A stretch of 64,000 nt of DNA from an uncultured Candidatus Rokubacteria bacterium (GTDB taxonomy: Bacteria > Methylomirabilota > Methylomirabilia > Rokubacteriales > CSP1-6): assembly GCA_963747235.1 (NCBI GenBank), contig CAVVEU010000011.1, forward strand, positions 18,513 through 82,512, in the 5' to 3' direction. The notes beneath the pieces were generated by a model, which did no database searches, was not told the DNA's origin, and saw only the letters and a list, made by a program, of their open reading frames with translations. The position numbers and the translations under genes are program-made. Positions 59,516-64,000 of the stretch are shown here, in pieces (within the stretch, counting starts at the first letter, position 1; each line of letters starts with the position of its first letter).

Positions 59516-59956
59516 CTACCGCAGGCGGCGGTGCTCGACGAGCAGGCACCGGTTCTGCACGACCTGGATGCCCGCCTTCGCCCAGGTCTCGGCGGCCTCG
59601 TCGTGGTGGATGCCGAGCTGGAGCCAGACCACGCGGGGCCGCGCGGCCAGGATGTCCTGCACGTGCGGCGGAATGTCGCGCGGGCGCCGGAACACGTTGA
59701 CCATCTCGACCGGCGCGGGCACCGCGCTCACCGTGCGGTAGACCGGGCGCCCGAGGATCTCCGTCGCGTCCGGATAGTAGACCGGCACCGGCACGATGTC
59801 GTAGCCGGCGCGCGCCATGTACTCGGGCACGTAGAACGCGGGCTGGTCGCGCTGCGCCTCGGTCTTGATCCCCAGCACCGCGATGCGCGTGTTCTCGCGG
59901 ACCACGCGCGCGATGTCTTCCGGCGACGTGACGAGGTTGTCGCGCCAGTCGCTCAT
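59516..59956 (-). CDS. CoA-binding protein (YccU-like)
   Basis: IAVLG, VNVFR, VWLQLGI and VQNRC motifs. Confidence 0.9.
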   Translation of the reverse strand: MSDWRDNLVTSPEDIARVVRENTRIAVLGIKTEAQRDQPAFYVPEYMARAGYDIVPVPVYYPDATEILGRPVYRTVSAVPAPVEMVNVFRRPRDIPPHVQDILAARPRVVWLQLGIHHDEAAETWAKAGIQVVQNRCLLVEHRRLR

Positions 59957-60003
59957 GGTCAGAGTCTAGCACCTGTGCTAGCCTCGGCGCGGGAGGAGCC
60001 GTC

Positions 60004-60612
60004 ATGCCCGTTCGCATCAACCGTGTCTACACGCGCGCCGGCGACGACGGCGCGACCGCGCTCGTCGGCGGGCGCCGCGTGCCCAAGGATTCCCCGCGCA
60101 TCGAGGCCTACGGCACCATCGACGAGCTGAACTCGATCGTCGGGCTGGCGCGGGCCTTCAACGCGCCGAAGCTCAAGCGCGGCAAGAACTACCGCCGGCT
60201 CGACGAGATCCTGCGCCGGATCCAGAACGAGCTCTTCGATCTCGGCAGCGAGCTGGCCACCCCGCGCGAGTCGTTCTACGAGGGCATGTTTCGCGTGGGC
60301 GCCTTCGAGGTGACCGCGCTCGAGAAGCTGATGGACGAGTGCCAGAAGGATCTCGCCCCGCTCAAGTCCTTCGTGCTGCCGGGCGGCGGTCCGGTGGGCG
60401 GCTTCCTCCACCAGGCGCGCACGGTGTGCCGGCGCGCCGAGCGCGGCGTGCTCGCGCTCTCGCGCGTGGAGGACATCGGCGAGTGGCCGCTCAAGTACGT
60501 GAACCGGCTCAGCGACCTGTTCTTCGTGCTCTCGCGCTGGGTCGGCAAGCACCTGGGCGAGACCGAGTACCTCTGGGAGCGCGGTCTCGCCTCGCATGCC
60601 CGCAAGCGGTAG
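60004..60612 (+). CDS. Cob(I)yrinic acid a,c-diamide adenosyltransferase, PduO type
   Basis: VYTRAGDDG.T, AYGTIDELNS, RTVCRRAER and NRLSDLFF motifs. Confidence 0.92.
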   Translation: MPVRINRVYTRAGDDGATALVGGRRVPKDSPRIEAYGTIDELNSIVGLARAFNAPKLKRGKNYRRLDEILRRIQNELFDLGSELATPRESFYEGMFRVGAFEVTALEKLMDECQKDLAPLKSFVLPGGGPVGGFLHQARTVCRRAERGVLALSRVEDIGEWPLKYVNRLSDLFFVLSRWVGKHLGETEYLWERGLASHARKR

Positions 60613-61099
60613 CCCGGCCGCGCCGGCCGGCGACTACCTGGTGCGCCGCGCGGGCCCGGCCGATCACGAGGGCGTCGTGCGCGAGCTCGCCGCCTACTTC
60701 GCCTTCCTGGGCGAGGACGTGGACCCCGACGGGCTCGATCACGACGTGGCGGACTGGCAGGGCGAGTACGACGGCGTCGCGGGCGTGATGCTGGTCGTGG
60801 TGGATCCCGCGGGCGACGTGGTGGGCACCGCGGCGGTGCGCCGCCTGGCGCCGGGTGTGGCCGAGCTCAAGCGCATGTGGCTGCGCCCGGCCTGCCGCGG
60901 GCGCGGGCTGGCGCCGCGCCTGATGGACCGCTGCCTCGAGGAGGCGCGGGCCCTGGGGGGCCGCGTGCTGCGGCTGGACAGCGAGCGAGACCGGCTGGCC
61001 GCGGCGGTGAAGCTCTATCGCCGCTACGGGTTCGAGGAGATTGCCGACTACAACCGCAATCCGCGGGCCGACGTCTGGATGGAGCTGCGGCTCGCGTAG
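60596..61099 (+). CDS. GNAT family N-acetyltransferase
   Basis: ELKRMWLRP..RGRGLA and A..LYRRYGF motifs. Confidence 0.88.
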   Translation: MPASGSPAAPAGDYLVRRAGPADHEGVVRELAAYFAFLGEDVDPDGLDHDVADWQGEYDGVAGVMLVVVDPAGDVVGTAAVRRLAPGVAELKRMWLRPACRGRGLAPRLMDRCLEEARALGGRVLRLDSERDRLAAAVKLYRRYGFEEIADYNRNPRADVWMELRLA

Positions 61100-61106
61100 C
61101 CACCCG

Positions 61107-61136
61107 CACCCTGCCCTCTCCCTGGAAGGGAGAGGG
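61107..61136. repeat. REP-like palindrome, copy 6
   Basis: CACCCTGCCCTCTCCC-TGGAA-GGGAGAGGG. Confidence 0.7.
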
Positions 61137-61153
61137 AGAGAAGGAATCGCACC

Positions 61154-62770
61154 CTGGAGACCGGGCGGCCGGCCACGCTGTCGTACCGCGGCATGGTCAC
61201 CTCTCCGCACGCCCTCGCCTCTCAGGCAGGCGTCGCGATCCTGCAGGCCGGCGGCTCCGCGGTGGATGCGGCGATCGCGGCCGCCGCCGTCCTCTCCGTG
61301 ATCTACCCCCACATGACGAGCCTCGGCGGCGACGCCTTCTGGCTGATCCACGACGCGGGCACCGGCGCGGTGCGCTCGCTGGAGGCGGCGGGCCGCGCGG
61401 CGGCCGCGGCGACCGTGGACTGGTTCGCGGCCCGTGGGCTCCGCGAGATCCCGGTGCGCGGGATCGTGCCCGCCACGCTCACCGTGCCCGGCGCGGTGGA
61501 CGGCTGGTACCAGGCGCACGCGGCCCACGGCCGGCTCCCGCTCGCCACCGACCTGGCCGCCGCCGTCGGCTACGCGCGCGACGGCTTTCCGGTCACGCGG
61601 CGGCTCGCGCAGTGGATCGAGCGCTCGGCCGACGTGCTCGCGGCGGATCCGGCGGCCGCGCGCATCTTCCTCGGCCGGCGGGCCGAGTCCGGCGGTGGGC
61701 CGGCGGCTCACCAATCCGGATCTCGCGCGCACGCTCGAGCGCGCGGCCGAGGGGCGGGCCGGATTCTACGAGGGGGAGACCGCGCGGGAGATGGCGCGAC
61801 ACGCGCGCGAGCACGGCGGCTTCTACACCGAGCGCGACTTCGCCGCGCAGCACGCGACGTGGGGCGACTCCATCCACGCCACCTATCGCGGCGTCACCAT
61901 CCACCAGACGCCGCCGCCGAGCCAGGGCGTGTCGGTCTTGCAATCGCTCCGGCTGCTCGAGCCGCTGGAGATCGGCGCGCTGCCCTTCCTGGGGCCGGAC
62001 CACGTGCACCTGCTCGTGCAGGCCAAGCAGATCGCCTTCCACGACCGGGACCGCTTCGTCGCCGATCCCGCGTTCTGCCCGGTGCCGGTCGAGCGCTTGC
62101 TATCCCGTGCCTACGCCGACGAGCGGCGGGCCCTCATGGACCCCAAGCGCGCGCTGCCCTGGGACCGCGTCCCGTCGAGCGGCAGCCTGACCGGCGATAC
62201 GGTCTACGTCGCGGCGGTGGACGCCGACGGGCAACGCGGTCTCGCTGATCCAGAGCCTCTACTTCGGCTTCGGCTCGGGCGTGGTGGCGGGCAGCACCGG
62301 CGTCGTGCTGCAGAACCGCGGCGCCTACTTCTCGCTCGATCCCGCGCATCCCAACCGGCTCGAGCCCGGCAAGCGGCCGCTGCACACGCTGATCGCGTCC
62401 CTGGCCTTCAAGGATGGGCGCCTCTGGCAGGTCGTGGGCTGCATGGGCGCCGACGGCCAGCCGCAGATCCACCTCCAGGTCTACACCGCGCTGATCGACT
62501 TCGGGCTCGACATCCAGCAGGCCGTCGAGGCGCCGCGCTGGCTCGCCGGGCGCTTCGCGCTGGGCGACGCCCGCGAGGTGCTGAACCTGGAGGGCGCGCT
62601 TCGCGCCGGCCACCATCGCCGAGCTGGCGCGGCGGGGCCACGAGATCAATCGCTGGGAGGCCTGGAACGAGCTCGCCGGGCACGCCCACGGCATCACGAT
62701 CGATCCCGGGAGCGGCGCGCGGGTGGGCGGGGCCGACCCGCGGAGCGACGGCGCCGCCATCGGCTACTGA
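61154..62770 (+). CDS. ggt: Gamma-glutamyltransferase family protein (several frameshifts)
   Basis: GGSAVDAAIA, LGGDAF, TVPGAV, GDT autoprocessing site, QNRG, KRPLHT and DPRSDG motifs. Confidence 0.88.
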
Positions 62771-62771
62771 G

Positions 62772-64000
62772 ATGGCCGAGCTGTACCTCGAGCGGCTGAT
62801 CGCGCTGGTCGCGTTCGTCGGTACCTACCTGGGCCTGGCGCTCGGCCGCCTGCCGTTCTTTCGCGTGGATCGTACCGGCGTCGCCATCATCGGCGGCGCG
62901 CTCGTCGTGGTGACCGGGGTCCTGCCGTGGGAGAAGGCGGTGGCCGCGGTGGACGCCCACACGCTGGTGCTCCTCTTCGGCATGATGATCGTGGCCGCCT
63001 ACCTGCGCCTCTCCGGCTTCTTCCGCCTCGTGACCTATGCGGCGGTGCGGCGGGCCCACACGCCGGTCGGGCTGCTGGCCCTGATCATCGTCGCGGCGGG
63101 CGTGCTCTCCGCGCTCTTCGTCAACGACGTCGTGTGCCTCGTGATGGCGCCCATCGTGCTGGACCTCGCCCGTCAGCTCCGCCTGCCGCCGGTGCCGTAC
63201 CTGATCGCGCTCGCCACCGCGGCCAACGTGGGCAGCGTGGCCACGCTGACCGGTAATCCGCAGAACATGCTGGTGGGCAGCTTCTCCGGCATCAGCTACC
63301 GCGCCTTCCTGCTGCGCGAGGCGCCCGTCGCGGTCATCGGGCTCGGGCTGGTGTTCGGCGTGATCTGGCTCGTGTACCGCGGGCAGCTTCCGGACGCGCT
63401 GCCCGCCGCGGACCTGGAGGATCGCTTCGCGGTGCACTACCCCCTGATGATCAAGACCATCGCGGCGGTGGCGGTCATGCTGGTGGCGTTCCTGGCCGGC
63501 GTGCCGATCGCGCTGGTGGCCATCGGGGGCGCCGCCTACACGCTGCTCACGCGGCGGGTGAATCCGGAGAAGGTGTACCGCGAGATCGACTGGGGGCTGC
63601 TCGTGCTCTTCACCGGCCTCTTCGTGGTGATCGGCGCGGTGGAGCAGACGGGCCTGGCCGCCGAGGTGCTCGGCCGGGCTTCCGCGGCCGGGCTGCACCG
63701 GCCGCTCGTGCTCACCGTGGTCACCGCGGTGCTCTCGAACCTCGTCTCCAACGTGCCGGCGGTGCTCTTCTTCAAGAGCGTGATCCCGACCTTCGGCGAG
63801 CCGGTGCGCGCCTGGCTGCTGCTCGCCGATGGCCTCCACGCTCGCGGGCAACCTCACGATCCTGGGCTCGGTGGCCAACCTGATCGTGGTGGAGCAGGCG
63901 CGCGGCGCGGGCATCCCGGTGGGCTTCCTCGAGTACAGCAAGGTGGGCGTGCCGATCACCGTGCTGACCCTCCTGGTGGGCTGGCTCCTCCTCGTCCTCC
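62772..64000 (+). CDS. ArsB/NhaD/SLC13-family anion transporter (frameshift near 63825; runs off the window edge)
   Basis: Not in the ORF track. DRTGVA, SALFVND, ANVGSVATLTGNPQN, SNLVSNVPA and GNLTILGSVANLIV motifs. Confidence 0.88.
   Translation, partial: MAELYLERLIALVAFVGTYLGLALGRLPFFRVDRTGVAIIGGALVVVTGVLPWEKAVAAVDAHTLVLLFGMMIVAAYLRLSGFFRLVTYAAVRRAHTPVGLLALIIVAAGVLSALFVNDVVCLVMAPIVLDLARQLRLPPVPYLIALATAANVGSVATLTGNPQNMLVGSFSGISYRAFLLREAPVAVIGLGLVFGVIWLVYRGQLPDALPAADLEDRFAVHYPLMIKTIAAVAVMLVAFLAGVPIALVAIGGAAYTLLTRRVNPEKVYREIDWGLLVLFTGLFVVIGAVEQTGLAAEVLGRASAAGLHRPLVLTVVTAVLSNLVSNVPAVLFFKSVIPTFGEPVRAWLLLADGLHARGQPHDPGLGGQPDRGGAGARRGHPGGLPRVQQGGRADHRADPPGGLAPPRP

Overview
A 64-kb, very GC-rich bacterial chromosomal segment with about 70 protein-coding genes. 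I found no rRNA, tRNA, CRISPR array or intact transposase. Gene style resembles soil/aquifer Methylomirabilota (Ca. Rokubacteria); this is an inference from recall, not a search. Many genes carry single-base frameshifts in G/C runs, which looks like long-read consensus error rather than true pseudogenes. Most of the content is accessory metabolism: two ABC importers, SDRs, a molybdopterin oxidoreductase, luciferase-like monooxygenases, UbiD, TenA, a MoxR-DUF58-transglutaminase operon and GGT, plus murB and dapA. Two loci stand out. (1) 44971-49591 is a coupled six-gene operon (DUF547, radical SAM, a Cys-rich metallophosphoesterase-fold protein that has lost canonical metal ligands, TVP38/DedA, DUF3047, TIGR04283-like glycosyltransferase). 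It looks like a variant of arsenosugar-type clusters. (2) 17226-24459 is a block of atypical composition: a multi-GAF hybrid kinase, twin receiver proteins and a PilB/GspE ATPase, converging on two prepilins and a B-box/TM/pilin-like protein; its motifs recall Patescibacteria pilus-signalling modules. Other signals: a pilin-like domain carrying a lipoprotein signal, at least 11 apparently leaderless genes, a sigma54 promoter with an upstream palindrome, back-to-back ECF-like promoters, six REP-like palindromes, an 84-bp MITE/REPIN-like element and two gene remnants.
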